From NCBI GenBank assembly GCA_049965555.1, contig JBMFWF010000005.1, positions 15,794 through 47,793 on the forward strand: a stretch of DNA of 32,000 nt. Direction: 5' to 3'. How positions within the stretch are numbered: the first letter of the stretch is position 1; the number at the start of each line of letters is the position of its first letter. This stretch comes from Candidatus Parvarchaeum sp. Lineage in GTDB: Archaea; Nanobdellota; Nanobdellia; Parvarchaeales; Parvarchaeaceae. The notes under the pieces are model-generated. The model made no database searches. It had not been told where the DNA came from and was given only the letters and a program-made list of their open reading frames with translations. Positions 1 through 8,583 of this stretch are shown piece after piece. The translations under genes were made by a program, and so were the position numbers.

Positions 1-226
1 AAACAAGAACAGAATCTGGTTTAAATTTCAGAATATTCTCTTCTAAAGACTTTTCTATACTATATTTTTTAATTTTTTCCTCCTTTTTCAACTTTACTTT
101 TATAGTGTTGCCGAGAAGATTTACGGCTGCACCACCAGGAAATATAAATCTGAAATCAAATACCTTTTCGTTTTTTGAGTCTGAATTTATTTTGTTAATA
201 AGTAATGTTTCGTTTCTATTTTTCAT
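1..226 (-). CDS. Hypothetical protein, N-terminal part only (runs off the window edge)
   Basis: Minus-strand ATG (reverse complement of cat at 224-226) opens a frame with no stop down to position 1: MKNRNETLLINKINSDSKNEKVFDFRFIFPGGAAVNLLGNTIKVKLKKEEK... It overlaps the 3' end of the upstream DUF192 gene by 11 nt. No family recognised. Confidence 0.35.
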   Translation of the reverse strand, partial: MKNRNETLLINKINSDSKNEKVFDFRFIFPGGAAVNLLGNTIKVKLKKEEKIKKYSIEKSLEENILKFKPDSVLV

Positions 227-560
227 ATATTCTCATCTGCAGCTTGTCTCCCACCTTTATTTCATATTTTTTGTCAGCGGGTAGTTCTAAAACATGCTGT
301 GCATCTTCAGGCCCATTATAAAGCCTCCATTTCCTCGCTATTGTTTGATGTAATACTTTCAGGTTCTTGTCGAGCCAAATGACTCTTAGTTCAAATCTTA
401 CGAAATTCATGTGTATATCCTTTACGTCTGGCAGAAAGGCGCCTGAACCTGGGCTTGAAACAAACATTAATCCTAAAATCTTGCTTGAAAGTGTTCTGCA
501 GTATTTAACATCTTTTGCTATTAGCTTTCCTTTTTTGTAGAATTCACATTTCTCTTTCAT
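216..560 (-). CDS. DUF192 (COG1430) family protein
   Basis: 114 aa. The pattern ...SSKILGLMF...FLPDVKDIHMNFVRFELRVIWLDKNLKVL...AQHVLELPADKKYEIKVGDKL matches the DUF192 consensus (RGLM..., fwMknt..pLDiifld, a.yvLEl.aG, Gd.v). Confidence 0.6.
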   Translation of the reverse strand: MKEKCEFYKKGKLIAKDVKYCRTLSSKILGLMFVSSPGSGAFLPDVKDIHMNFVRFELRVIWLDKNLKVLHQTIARKWRLYNGPEDAQHVLELPADKKYEIKVGDKLQMRIYEK

Positions 561-631
561 TGTTTTTTCTCCAATTCATGTGCAGTATATCATTGTTTTC
601 AGTTGGTCTTTCGCTGTCCATATTACCGTGT

Positions 632-1231
632 TTAAAATTCAAGCTCTTTTGATACAAAATCTTCAAGACTTACTTTTTCAAGTTTTTCCTTCTCCTCTTT
701 CTTTGCCATGTTCATCGCAAGCAAGAATAATATCAACCCTATGCTGTTTCCGCTTTTGTTGTTGCCAGGTATTATCAAATCAATAAAGGCTGTGCTGTTG
801 TCTGTGTTTGTTATCCCGACTATCGGTATATTTATCTTTTTAGCGTCATTTATCGCTCTCTTATTTGATTTTGGATCGGTTATCAATAGAACTTTCGGTT
901 CAAAGAAATTTTTATAGCTTATATTTGTAAGCGATCCGGCAAGGTATCTACCGAAATTTACACTTATTCCCATCAGCTTGGAAAAATTGTAAACAGAGTA
1001 ATAAGCGCTGTCAAGCGTGGATACAAGAAGTATGCTTTTCCTTTTATAGCCATTCAGGAATTTTGCAGCAAGCTTTATTCTTTCATCTATAAGCTTTATA
1101 TTCAGTATAGTAAATTTGTTTGGGATCTTCTTGAAAACGAACCTTTCAAACTCCTTGTTGTTGGCGTTCGCCCCTATCCTTGTTCCGTACGTCTTATACG
1201 CTTCCAATTTGTCTATTTTTTTAAATACCAT
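632..1231 (-). CDS. rps2: 30S ribosomal protein S2 (uS2)
   Basis: 199 aa with archaeal uS2-like sequence (ILLVSTLDSAYYSV..., LLITDPKSNKRAINDAKKINIPIVGITNTDN). Lies directly after enolase (1 nt spacer), the conserved archaeal eno-rps2 arrangement. Confidence 0.85.
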   Translation of the reverse strand: MVFKKIDKLEAYKTYGTRIGANANNKEFERFVFKKIPNKFTILNIKLIDERIKLAAKFLNGYKRKSILLVSTLDSAYYSVYNFSKLMGISVNFGRYLAGSLTNISYKNFFEPKVLLITDPKSNKRAINDAKKINIPIVGITNTDNSTAFIDLIIPGNNKSGNSIGLILFLLAMNMAKKEEKEKLEKVSLEDFVSKELEF

Positions 1232-1233
1232 GT

Positions 1234-2400
1234 TTAATTCAATTCAATTAGCCTATTTATTTTCTCTATCCTTTCTCCTCTATTGATTCCAACTTTTAAA
1301 TACTTTGCGTTTAGGCCTGTTGCTAGGTCTGCTATTATTGGTATAGATGTTTCCTCCGATCTGTGTGAAACTACCTTGTCTATCTTAAATTTATCAGCAA
1401 GTTCCGAATATTCCTTTACTTTGTACATAAGCCCCACTTGATTTGGCTTAATAAGCGTAGAATTTATGTACTGATGAACTTTTTCAAGCCTTTCAGGCGT
1501 AGTTGCAGTAAGGTCATCTCCCACTATAATGGAACTATTAAGTAGTTTAAGCACTTCCCCGTAATCCTCAGCAAGCGTTTCATCGACAGGATCCTCTATA
1601 TAGAATATGTCAAACTCATCTGCCAGTTTTTTAGTTAAATCTATCTGCTCTCCTCTGTCAACTTCTTTCTTTCCGTATATCGGTCTTTTATAGATATATC
1701 TTCCATTTTTGTAAAATGTAGACGCGGCAAAGTCTAAGCCAAGTCTTATGTCCTCCCCGCTTTCCTTTATCGTGCTTTCTATTGCTTCCCTAACAATTTT
1801 TATTGACTCATAGTTATCCAATCCGCTTATGAATCCGCCCTCTGGATCAACTCCTCCTATAAAACTGTCTGTTCTGTTTTCAAGGAGTTCTTTTACCTTT
1901 TTGTATACTTTTAAGGTGGTGTTTATGCTTTCTAAGTTACTTTCAGTGATCGTTGTAACTAGTATCTCTTGTATATCCATCCCTAAACCAGAGGCATGCA
2001 TACCCCCCCCTATCATTTTGCACACAGGCATGACCCTGTTTTTGCTGCCAAAAAGCTCGTAGGGTTCCTTATTAATGTCTGCACTTAAGCCATATATCAA
2101 AGCATAAGAAAGCGAAAGCGACGGCCCACCTATAAATTCTTGTGGGATTTCTTTTTCGATTGAAAATATGTCCTCCAATGCATTTATCTTCTTGCCTACT
2201 AACTTTTTCAAGTATTCATTGAAATTTTTTATCTCATCATCTATGCCTTTACTGAATTGGTTTACTTCGTATTTGCTGTTGCTTTCTCCAGCAGGTGAAG
2301 AACCACGGAATTTACCTTTCTCAGTTGTAAGCATGACTTCAACCGTGAAGTTTGAATTCGCATTCAGTATCTTAAGCGCCTTTATCTCTTTTATTTCCAT
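1234..2400 (-). CDS. eno: Enolase (phosphopyruvate hydratase), short and divergent
   Basis: 388 aa. Enolase catalytic motifs are present: GGGMHAS, DPEGGF, LGLDFAAS, YIEDP, VGDDL, LIKPNQVG, SHRSEET, LKVG. The Ser of the SGAS loop is retained (PAGESNS). Confidence 0.8.
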   Translation of the reverse strand: MEIKEIKALKILNANSNFTVEVMLTTEKGKFRGSSPAGESNSKYEVNQFSKGIDDEIKNFNEYLKKLVGKKINALEDIFSIEKEIPQEFIGGPSLSLSYALIYGLSADINKEPYELFGSKNRVMPVCKMIGGGMHASGLGMDIQEILVTTITESNLESINTTLKVYKKVKELLENRTDSFIGGVDPEGGFISGLDNYESIKIVREAIESTIKESGEDIRLGLDFAASTFYKNGRYIYKRPIYGKKEVDRGEQIDLTKKLADEFDIFYIEDPVDETLAEDYGEVLKLLNSSIIVGDDLTATTPERLEKVHQYINSTLIKPNQVGLMYKVKEYSELADKFKIDKVVSHRSEETSIPIIADLATGLNAKYLKVGINRGERIEKINRLIELN

Positions 2401-2420
2401 TTTTATTGTATAAGTTCATT

Positions 2421-2930
2421 TTATTTAAACATTTTTTCTACTTTTAATATCTTATCGGAAAAATCAATTTTTTCCCCCTTTCCCTTGCCCTGGATTATAG
2501 CGATTGCTTTTTTTACAGTATTCTTTATGCTTTTTGTGTTGTCTATTTGGAAAACTTTCTTTTTCAATTGTAAGGCCTCTGCATACGTTCCGTTCATGGC
2601 CTCAAATATAGCATTATCATGTATCTTTTCTTTATTATAGCCTCTCTCTTCAAGTCTTTTTACAAGAATAAGGGGATCTGTTCTAAGCACTATGACAAAG
2701 CTTATCCTTTTCGACTTTATGAAGTGGGACAAGTGTGAAACCACAAGCAAATTGTCTTTTTTGTTTTTTTGAAATGCCTGATTAACTTCTTTAAGAGTCA
2801 CCTCCCTTTCTTTACTTCCCCTTTTAAGAATCTGATTTAAGTCTAACACTTCATAATTAATCTTTCTTGCGAGCTCTTTTGCTAGCGTGTGTTTGCCAGT
2901 CCCAGGCGTGCCAGATATTGCTATTATCAT
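2421..2930 (-). CDS. Adenylate kinase isoenzyme-6 / Fap7-like NTPase (ribosome biogenesis factor)
   Basis: 169 aa. P-loop ISGTPGTGKHT, followed by VIVLRTDPLILVKRLEERGYNKEKIHDN.IFE, typical of archaeal AK6/Fap7. Confidence 0.75.
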   Translation of the reverse strand: MIIAISGTPGTGKHTLAKELARKINYEVLDLNQILKRGSKEREVTLKEVNQAFQKNKKDNLLVVSHLSHFIKSKRISFVIVLRTDPLILVKRLEERGYNKEKIHDNAIFEAMNGTYAEALQLKKKVFQIDNTKSIKNTVKKAIAIIQGKGKGEKIDFSDKILKVEKMFK

Positions 2931-2946
2931 AGACTATGGAAATTTT

Positions 2947-2962
2947 TAATATATTTATATTG
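2947..2962. promoter_or_regulatory. Central AT-rich TATA element shared by the divergent Fap7-like gene and the HExxH membrane protein gene
   Basis: ttaatatatttatatt sits in the middle of the 51-nt spacer, about 25-27 nt from each start codon (2930 on minus, 2982 on plus). Confidence 0.4.
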
Positions 2963-2981
2963 GCATCTTTCATAAAATAAG

Positions 2982-4355
2982 ATGGACTCTGTGGAAAACA
3001 GATCAAAACTTTATTCCATCTTATCAAGTTTAGATGCAGGAGATAACAAGTCAATAACCCGCATATTAAAAGATAACACAGACAAATCGACATTAAAGGC
3101 CATCAAAAGACTTAACAGAGATTTTATATACGAAAAATATGGAAAGGAAGGCCTAGAAAGGTACCTTAGGAGCGTTCTTGATTATTGGGATGATTATGGC
3201 AGTAATAACTCTGCAAACAATCAGTACACTAAACAAAAGCATCTTTTATCAGAAATACTTATGTCTCCTGCAAAATTAGTTGCAAAAGCATACGATTACA
3301 TACTTAGAAAGACAAACAGTCACTTTATATCAACAACCTCAATGGGAACGATGATGGGAGCCGTTGCCGGATTTTCAATGTTTATTGGAGAAACAGCCTA
3401 TTTCTCATATTCTTTGCGTATCCCCTTTGCAAGTCTTTTTGCAGAAGAATTCATGATAAACCTGCCTACTTTTATACAAGTGCCGGTCATAACTGGTTTG
3501 ATATCTGCACTGTCCGTCGGTCTTATAGTTGGCGGGCCTTCAAAGGTATTCAATCCTAAAAGGTTGACAATAGAAGAAATAGAAGACGACATAAAGAAGT
3601 ACAGTAAAGAGTTCCGTGATACCTTCGAAAATTACAATAAAGCCTTATTTACATCAAAGATAGAGCCATCGATGGAGAACATAAACGCAATTTACATGCT
3701 AGCTTCCAGCAGGGCATATGTTAGTGCAAGTAATTCAGATGAAAGTTTAAGGAAATATGAAAAAGAAATGTTGCCTTACATCTCAAATGTACTTAAAAAA
3801 AGGATAAATTACAGATTAATAGTCCATCACTCTCCAAAAGGGGTCGGCGGGTTTACCTTAATTTATAACTCACTCATCGGCAAACTTATAAAAAATAATT
3901 CATACAGCCCAGTTTTCCTTAACACTGAAAGATTAAACGCAGTTCCCGAATACCTTTTTGCTCTTTTCCATGAATTGGCTCACGGTGCAGGCGCAACTAC
4001 TGAGCAGATGGCAAGCTACTATGCTGAAAAAGCTATGGACTCTGTGAAAGATGATTTTCCATTAGAGGGCTATGATCTTTTCCTTTCAGTTAACAGGCTA
4101 GAATCTGCGATTTCCGCTCTTGCCAGAAAATTTAAGTCTACAGATGATTTTGTTTCCGAACTTGAAAAATTAAATCTTCCGCGTTTTGTAAAAGAATCTT
4201 TGAATTACAGTTTTAATCCCATTTTCTCTGTAGCATTTCCTGTAAATGAAGCAATATACGGAGGTTTAATTGAATCAAAATTCTCTGGACTTTATGCCTC
4301 GGGTCCATACCTTGCTAAAAAGATGGTCGAAAAAGGCTTAATTAAAACCTTTTAA
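2982..4355 (+). CDS. Uncharacterised membrane-associated protein with an HExxH zinc-metallopeptidase motif (possibly DUF3810-like)
   Basis: 457 aa. Hydrophobic segment at aa ~118-186 (about 2-3 TM helices). LFALFHELAHGAGATTEQMASYYAEKA (H330-E-x-x-H334; nt 3969-3983) resembles the HElAHq.G..EdEANf segment of DUF3810. The family assignment is from memory only. Confidence 0.5.
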   Translation: MDSVENRSKLYSILSSLDAGDNKSITRILKDNTDKSTLKAIKRLNRDFIYEKYGKEGLERYLRSVLDYWDDYGSNNSANNQYTKQKHLLSEILMSPAKLVAKAYDYILRKTNSHFISTTSMGTMMGAVAGFSMFIGETAYFSYSLRIPFASLFAEEFMINLPTFIQVPVITGLISALSVGLIVGGPSKVFNPKRLTIEEIEDDIKKYSKEFRDTFENYNKALFTSKIEPSMENINAIYMLASSRAYVSASNSDESLRKYEKEMLPYISNVLKKRINYRLIVHHSPKGVGGFTLIYNSLIGKLIKNNSYSPVFLNTERLNAVPEYLFALFHELAHGAGATTEQMASYYAEKAMDSVKDDFPLEGYDLFLSVNRLESAISALARKFKSTDDFVSELEKLNLPRFVKESLNYSFNPIFSVAFPVNEAIYGGLIESKFSGLYASGPYLAKKMVEKGLIKTF

Positions 4356-4382
4356 TTTATACAAGATTTATTTTTATCGTAG

Positions 4383-5909
4383 ATGGAAGAGGAAGATATT
4401 ATTAGAATGCTTAACAAGACTGACAAGATTGTATTATCCTCTCTTCAAAAAGGAGAGATGTTTTCAAGTGAAATAGAAATAAAATACGCCTTGGAAAGAG
4501 CAGCGGTTATAAACTCCGCCAGAAAGCTTTTTTCTCTAGGGCTGGTAAAAATCGACAACATAGCTACAAATGGACTAAGGCTTACTGCCCTGGGACAAAA
4601 ATATCTTAAAGAAGGCCTTCCAGAATACAGGGTTTTTGAATTTCTAAGGCATAATAAAATTGTGGAATATAAGCAGCTATTCTCCAGTGTTCCAATGGAA
4701 AAAAATGAATTAAATGCAGCTGTAGGTGTATTGAAGAGAATGCTTGCAATAAATATTGAAGGGGGTAAAATAACAGTAAATCTTGATAAATCCGAAAAGG
4801 TTGAACAGCAGAACAGCGTTTTGCAAATGGTAGAGAAAGAACAGAATGTAAACTATGATGGCATAAATGATCTCATAAGACGTGGAATAGTTGAACAGGT
4901 GAATGAAATAAAGGAAAAATTCTCCATAACACGTACGGGGATAAATGTGCTGAAAAACAGCGAATTCAAGACAGATTATGTGGATAAACTCTCTCCAAAC
5001 AACATTAAAAATTGGGAGAGGTTGAAATTTAGGGAATACAGCGAAAAACCGGAGATATTTGATTCATTATCGGGGAAACTGAACGTGAAGACTAAATTTA
5101 TCTCTTTTATAAAAGATGCAATGGTTTCAATGGGTTTCTCAGAAATGCACAGTAATTATGTTGAGTCTACTTTTTGGAACTTTGATGTTATGATGTTCAG
5201 GCAAGATCACCCTGATAGAGACATACAGGATACCGTTTACTTAAATGGAGGAAAGGCCAGTATACCTGCAAAGCTAATCAAAAACGTAAAGGATGTTTAT
5301 GAGCATGGGTTTTTTTCTTCCAAGTACAACGAATCGATAGGGTACAGAAGAAATTTTGATAAGTCTAAAAGTGATTCACTTATAATGAGGGGGCATACTA
5401 CTGCAACGACATTTAGGTATATCTATGAGTTAATATCTAAAAACAAAGATAAACCGGCCAAGTTCTTTTCAGTTGACAAGGGATTCAGGAATGAAACAAT
5501 GGACAATACCCATTTACTAGAACTTTACCAGATAGAAGGAATAGTATATGATGACAACCTTTCCGTCTCGGATCTTATTGGCTACATAAAACAATTTTAC
5601 AAAAAAATAGGAATAGAGAAAATAAGGCTTAAGCCGACTTACAATCCTTATACAGAGCCTAGCTTGGAGATACAGGCTTTCAGTCCAAAGCTCAAAAGAT
5701 GGCTTGAAGTCGGCAATTCGGGTGTTTTTAGGCCAGAAACTCTTAGGCCGTTTGGAATAAGCAAAAACATAATCGCATGGGGTTTTGGCATGGAAAGAAT
5801 GCTGAATCTTAAATTAGGTATGGCGGATATAAGGGACCTTTACGGCGCTTATACCGACTTAGATTTACTTAGGGATATAGAATCTGCTAAGGTATTTGGT
5901 GAATTCTAA
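4383..5909 (+). CDS. pheS: Phenylalanyl-tRNA synthetase alpha subunit (archaeal type)
   Basis: 508 aa. N-terminal winged-helix repeats plus a class II core (RGHTTATTFRY, FRNETMDNTHLLELYQIEG, GFGMERM). Its stop overlaps the pheT start by 1 nt. Confidence 0.9.
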   Translation: MEEEDIIRMLNKTDKIVLSSLQKGEMFSSEIEIKYALERAAVINSARKLFSLGLVKIDNIATNGLRLTALGQKYLKEGLPEYRVFEFLRHNKIVEYKQLFSSVPMEKNELNAAVGVLKRMLAINIEGGKITVNLDKSEKVEQQNSVLQMVEKEQNVNYDGINDLIRRGIVEQVNEIKEKFSITRTGINVLKNSEFKTDYVDKLSPNNIKNWERLKFREYSEKPEIFDSLSGKLNVKTKFISFIKDAMVSMGFSEMHSNYVESTFWNFDVMMFRQDHPDRDIQDTVYLNGGKASIPAKLIKNVKDVYEHGFFSSKYNESIGYRRNFDKSKSDSLIMRGHTTATTFRYIYELISKNKDKPAKFFSVDKGFRNETMDNTHLLELYQIEGIVYDDNLSVSDLIGYIKQFYKKIGIEKIRLKPTYNPYTEPSLEIQAFSPKLKRWLEVGNSGVFRPETLRPFGISKNIIAWGFGMERMLNLKLGMADIRDLYGAYTDLDLLRDIESAKVFGEF

Positions 5910-7546
5910 TGGTAATGCTCAATTACAGCCTTGATGAAATGAACAAAGCGATCGGGAAAAAACTCAAGCTTGAAGATTACGAGAAAATATCACTTAAGTT
6001 CGGATTGGATTTAGAGGAAGGCGAGAACGTACTTAATTTCGAGCTTACATCCGACAGGACAGACATAGTTTCAAAGTATTCGCTCGCACATGTCTTTGCC
6101 AGCCAGCTTGGAATAAGTATGAAAAGAAACCTAATAATTGGAAGAGAAAGACCAGGAGTTTATGTCGAGAATACAGAAAGAAGATTTGTTAATGTTCTGC
6201 ATGTGGTTCTTTATGGCAAAGTAGGAGATAACCTGAATGAGATCCTGGCTATTCAAGATAGGCTGGACAGGAATGTTGGAAGAAACAGGAAAAAAGCTGC
6301 AATAGGATTTTTTGATTATGAAAAGATATCTTTCCCTTTAAGATATTGCGAAATTCCAAGAGATGATGTAAACTTTGTACCTCTTGGAAGCTCTTCTTCA
6401 AAAAGATATGATGAGATAATAACAGAAGTCAAACAGGCAATAGAGTATAAGGATTTAATACCTAAGAAACCAATAGTGTGGGTTGACAGCTCTAACAAGA
6501 TAATTGCTATGCCTCCGATAATAAACGCAGATAACTATTCTATAAATGAGAACACAAAAGAATTGTTCATAGATGTCACTGGGACAGAAAAGGAAACTGT
6601 AAATGCAGTGACTAAGATATTAATATATAATCTGCAGTTCCTCGGCAAAGTATCAATAATCGAAGCAAAATACAAAAGCAATGCAATATCTACCGATCTT
6701 TCACTAAAAATGCATGGCTTTTACTTGAATGAAGATTCAATAGAATCTCTGTTAGGCATAAGAATAGGGAAAGGGCAGGCAGTGAAAATGCTTTCAGCCA
6801 TGGATTACAGCGTTAAGCCGCTTGGAAAGGACCTTTTCGTTGTCCCGCCTTTTTACAGGCAAGACATTATGCATCAGGTTGATATAATCGATGATATGAT
6901 GCGGTCATTAGGGGTCGATAATATAAATGAGAAAGCTCCTCATTCCTATACAGAAGGGGCTTTTCTATCGAATCATTACATGCTGCAGAATATAAAAGAG
7001 GTACTTGTTGGTTTTGGTTATCAGGAAATAGACATAAATTCGCTTACAAATGAAAAATACCAATTTTTAAATACGTACATAGAAGGAGAGGACTATGTTA
7101 GTCTGCTGCAGCTGAAAAGCGGTGACGTTACTATGGTCAGCAAGTACCTCTTTCCTGAACTGCTGAGGCTTATTTCAAACAATCTTCACAAGAAATTCCC
7201 CCAGAAAATATTCTCATTGTCAGAAGTAGTGGAGGAAGGAAACTCCGATGTAACCTTCGAAAACAGGCTAAAACTTTCATTTGTCTCGTGCGAAAAAGAT
7301 GCGAATGTAACTGATACGTTGTCAATAATAAAGAAAGTTCTTTCGGATGCATTCTCTATTAAAGAAGTCTCTACTAATTACATAGACGATAAGTATGCCA
7401 AGACATTTATAAAAGGCAGGGCTTACAATTTGCTGGCCAACGGAAAGAAGATAGGGTTTGCTGGAGAGCTTCACCCTAGAGTTATGAACTCTTTTGGAAT
7501 CGAATTGCCAGTTTCATTGGCAGAAATATACCTTGGAGGGTTTTAA
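5909..7546 (+). CDS. pheT: Phenylalanyl-tRNA synthetase beta subunit (archaeal type)
   Basis: 545 aa immediately after pheS, with archaeal B3/4 and B5 domain-like sequence (PPIINADNYSI, VPPFYRQDIMHQVDIIDD). Confidence 0.88.
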   Translation: MVMLNYSLDEMNKAIGKKLKLEDYEKISLKFGLDLEEGENVLNFELTSDRTDIVSKYSLAHVFASQLGISMKRNLIIGRERPGVYVENTERRFVNVLHVVLYGKVGDNLNEILAIQDRLDRNVGRNRKKAAIGFFDYEKISFPLRYCEIPRDDVNFVPLGSSSSKRYDEIITEVKQAIEYKDLIPKKPIVWVDSSNKIIAMPPIINADNYSINENTKELFIDVTGTEKETVNAVTKILIYNLQFLGKVSIIEAKYKSNAISTDLSLKMHGFYLNEDSIESLLGIRIGKGQAVKMLSAMDYSVKPLGKDLFVVPPFYRQDIMHQVDIIDDMMRSLGVDNINEKAPHSYTEGAFLSNHYMLQNIKEVLVGFGYQEIDINSLTNEKYQFLNTYIEGEDYVSLLQLKSGDVTMVSKYLFPELLRLISNNLHKKFPQKIFSLSEVVEEGNSDVTFENRLKLSFVSCEKDANVTDTLSIIKKVLSDAFSIKEVSTNYIDDKYAKTFIKGRAYNLLANGKKIGFAGELHPRVMNSFGIELPVSLAEIYLGGF

Positions 7547-7547
7547 A

Positions 7548-7988
7548 ATGAATTGCGAAATATGCGGAGCATTTGAGGAGAACCTTTTAAAGACTGAAGT
7601 AGAGGGCGCTGTAATGAACCTCTGCAAAAGCTGTTCTAAATATGGCAGAGTGATTGAAGCCCCAGTTAATAATGTCAAACGAATAGAGAGCAAGGTAGAC
7701 AGCGAAAGGGAATTAAGATACGATTATTTAAATGAGATAAAGCGCGGATTGCAGGAAAATGGCCTTTCAATCGAAGAAGCGGCAGAGAAGATAAACTGCT
7801 CACCAAAGGAATTGAAAAAGGTGGTTAATGGCGAGATACTTCCGGATATAAAAATAGCAGAGAGGCTTGAGAGGTTATTCAATATTTCATTATATGAAAT
7901 CAATTTAGTTTCTGATTCAACCTTCAAAAAAGACACTGCAGAACTGTCCTTTGGGGATGTGGTTGATATAAAGAGAGTAAAAAAATAA
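7548..7988 (+). CDS. Archaeal MBF1-like protein (N-terminal zinc ribbon plus Cro/C1 HTH)
   Basis: The ATG at 7548 lies 1 nt after the pheT stop. MNCEICGAFEE...LCKSCSKYG forms the zinc ribbon, and the C-terminal RGLQENGLSIEEAAEKINCSPKELKKVVNGEILPDIKIAERLERLFNISL forms the HTH. The track start at 7494 is a TTG inside pheT and was rejected. Confidence 0.75.
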   Translation: MNCEICGAFEENLLKTEVEGAVMNLCKSCSKYGRVIEAPVNNVKRIESKVDSERELRYDYLNEIKRGLQENGLSIEEAAEKINCSPKELKKVVNGEILPDIKIAERLERLFNISLYEINLVSDSTFKKDTAELSFGDVVDIKRVKK

Positions 7989-7992
7989 TATA

Positions 7993-8075
7993 GCAGAGGT
8001 AACGAAGCGGTCAAACGTGTAAGGCTTAGGACCTTATGGCTTAGGCCTTCGAGGGTTCAAATCCCTCCCTCTGCA
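7993..8075 (+). tRNA. tRNA-Leu (anticodon UAG), class II with long variable arm
   Basis: Hand-folded. Acceptor GCAGAGG/CCTCTGC, anticodon stem TAAGG/CCTTA with loop CTTAGGA, variable arm GGC-TTAG-GCC, T arm GAGGG-TTCAAAT-CCCTC, discriminator A. No encoded CCA and no intron. Confidence 0.85.
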
Positions 8076-8091
8076 TTTCTTTTGTTTATTT
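8076..8091 (+). terminator. Oligo-T tract after tRNA-Leu (archaeal-type terminator candidate)
   Basis: tttcttttgtttattt follows the discriminator base directly. Archaeal RNAP terminates at oligo-T tracts. Confidence 0.35.
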
Positions 8092-8177
8092 AATCAAAAA
8101 AGCTTAATGATAAACTTAAATACTAAAATTTGCTTATCTTCTTATATAGCATTAAAATTAAGTTGTGAGGTGTGAAC

Positions 8178-8582
8178 ATGGTAAATCTTCCGTTTGATAA
8201 TTTCTTGAACATATTCAAGAAGAATGTAAATGTGGATTCCTCTAATCAAGGCAGCGATTACGTTGAACTAGAGGTTGAGCAGGGCGATAAGCCGATGGCT
8301 AAAATATATGTAAAGTACTATAATCTTAATAAGTTTGAGGATGCCAGCGCAATACTAAATGACATACGTTCAGGATATACTTTGTCTTTCATAAAAGTTA
8401 AGGAGATAAGAGAGAAAGGAGGAGTGGATGAATTAAAAAGAACAATCTCCAAATTAAAGAAAAGCGCTGATGCGGCAGAGGCCCAAATAATAGGCGTAGA
8501 TGAGGATTACCTCTTAGTTGTACCTGATTTCGTAAAGGTTGAAAAAGGAGAGGTATTAAGCAGCCAAGACAACAAAGTCTGA
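8178..8582 (+). CDS. sepF: Archaeal SepF-like cell-division protein (DUF552)
   Basis: SDYVELEVE...IYVKYYNLNKFEDASAILNDIRSGYTLSFIKV...LKRTISKLKKSADAAEAQIIGVDEDYLLVVPDFVKV matches the archaeal SepF pattern (DYVELD..., ...GDIVQKGDDQIVITP). A GAGGTG SD-like element at 8167-8172 favours the ATG at 8178 over the GTG at 8172. Confidence 0.7.
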   Translation: MVNLPFDNFLNIFKKNVNVDSSNQGSDYVELEVEQGDKPMAKIYVKYYNLNKFEDASAILNDIRSGYTLSFIKVKEIREKGGVDELKRTISKLKKSADAAEAQIIGVDEDYLLVVPDFVKVEKGEVLSSQDNKV

Positions 8583-8583
8583 T

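Noticed and set aside
1234-2400. The enolase looked too short (388 aa) and divergent (AGESNS for SGASTG, SHRSEETSI for SHRSGETED), suggesting a pseudo-enzyme.
   Set aside because: Position-by-position inspection shows that the catalytic and metal-binding residues are retained (loop Ser, GGxHA His, EGGF Glu, the D/E/D metal triad, both Lys, and HRS). This is an ordinary but divergent enolase.
7494-7547. Upstream alternative (TTG/GTG) starts given in the ORF track for mbf1 (7494), sepF (8172), the methyltransferase (9490) and aEF-1beta (12481).
   Set aside because: Each extension overlaps the preceding gene or adds non-conserved residues. A downstream ATG gives the canonical N-terminus (MNCEICG, MVNLPF, MVNIKEF, MGKVVIK).
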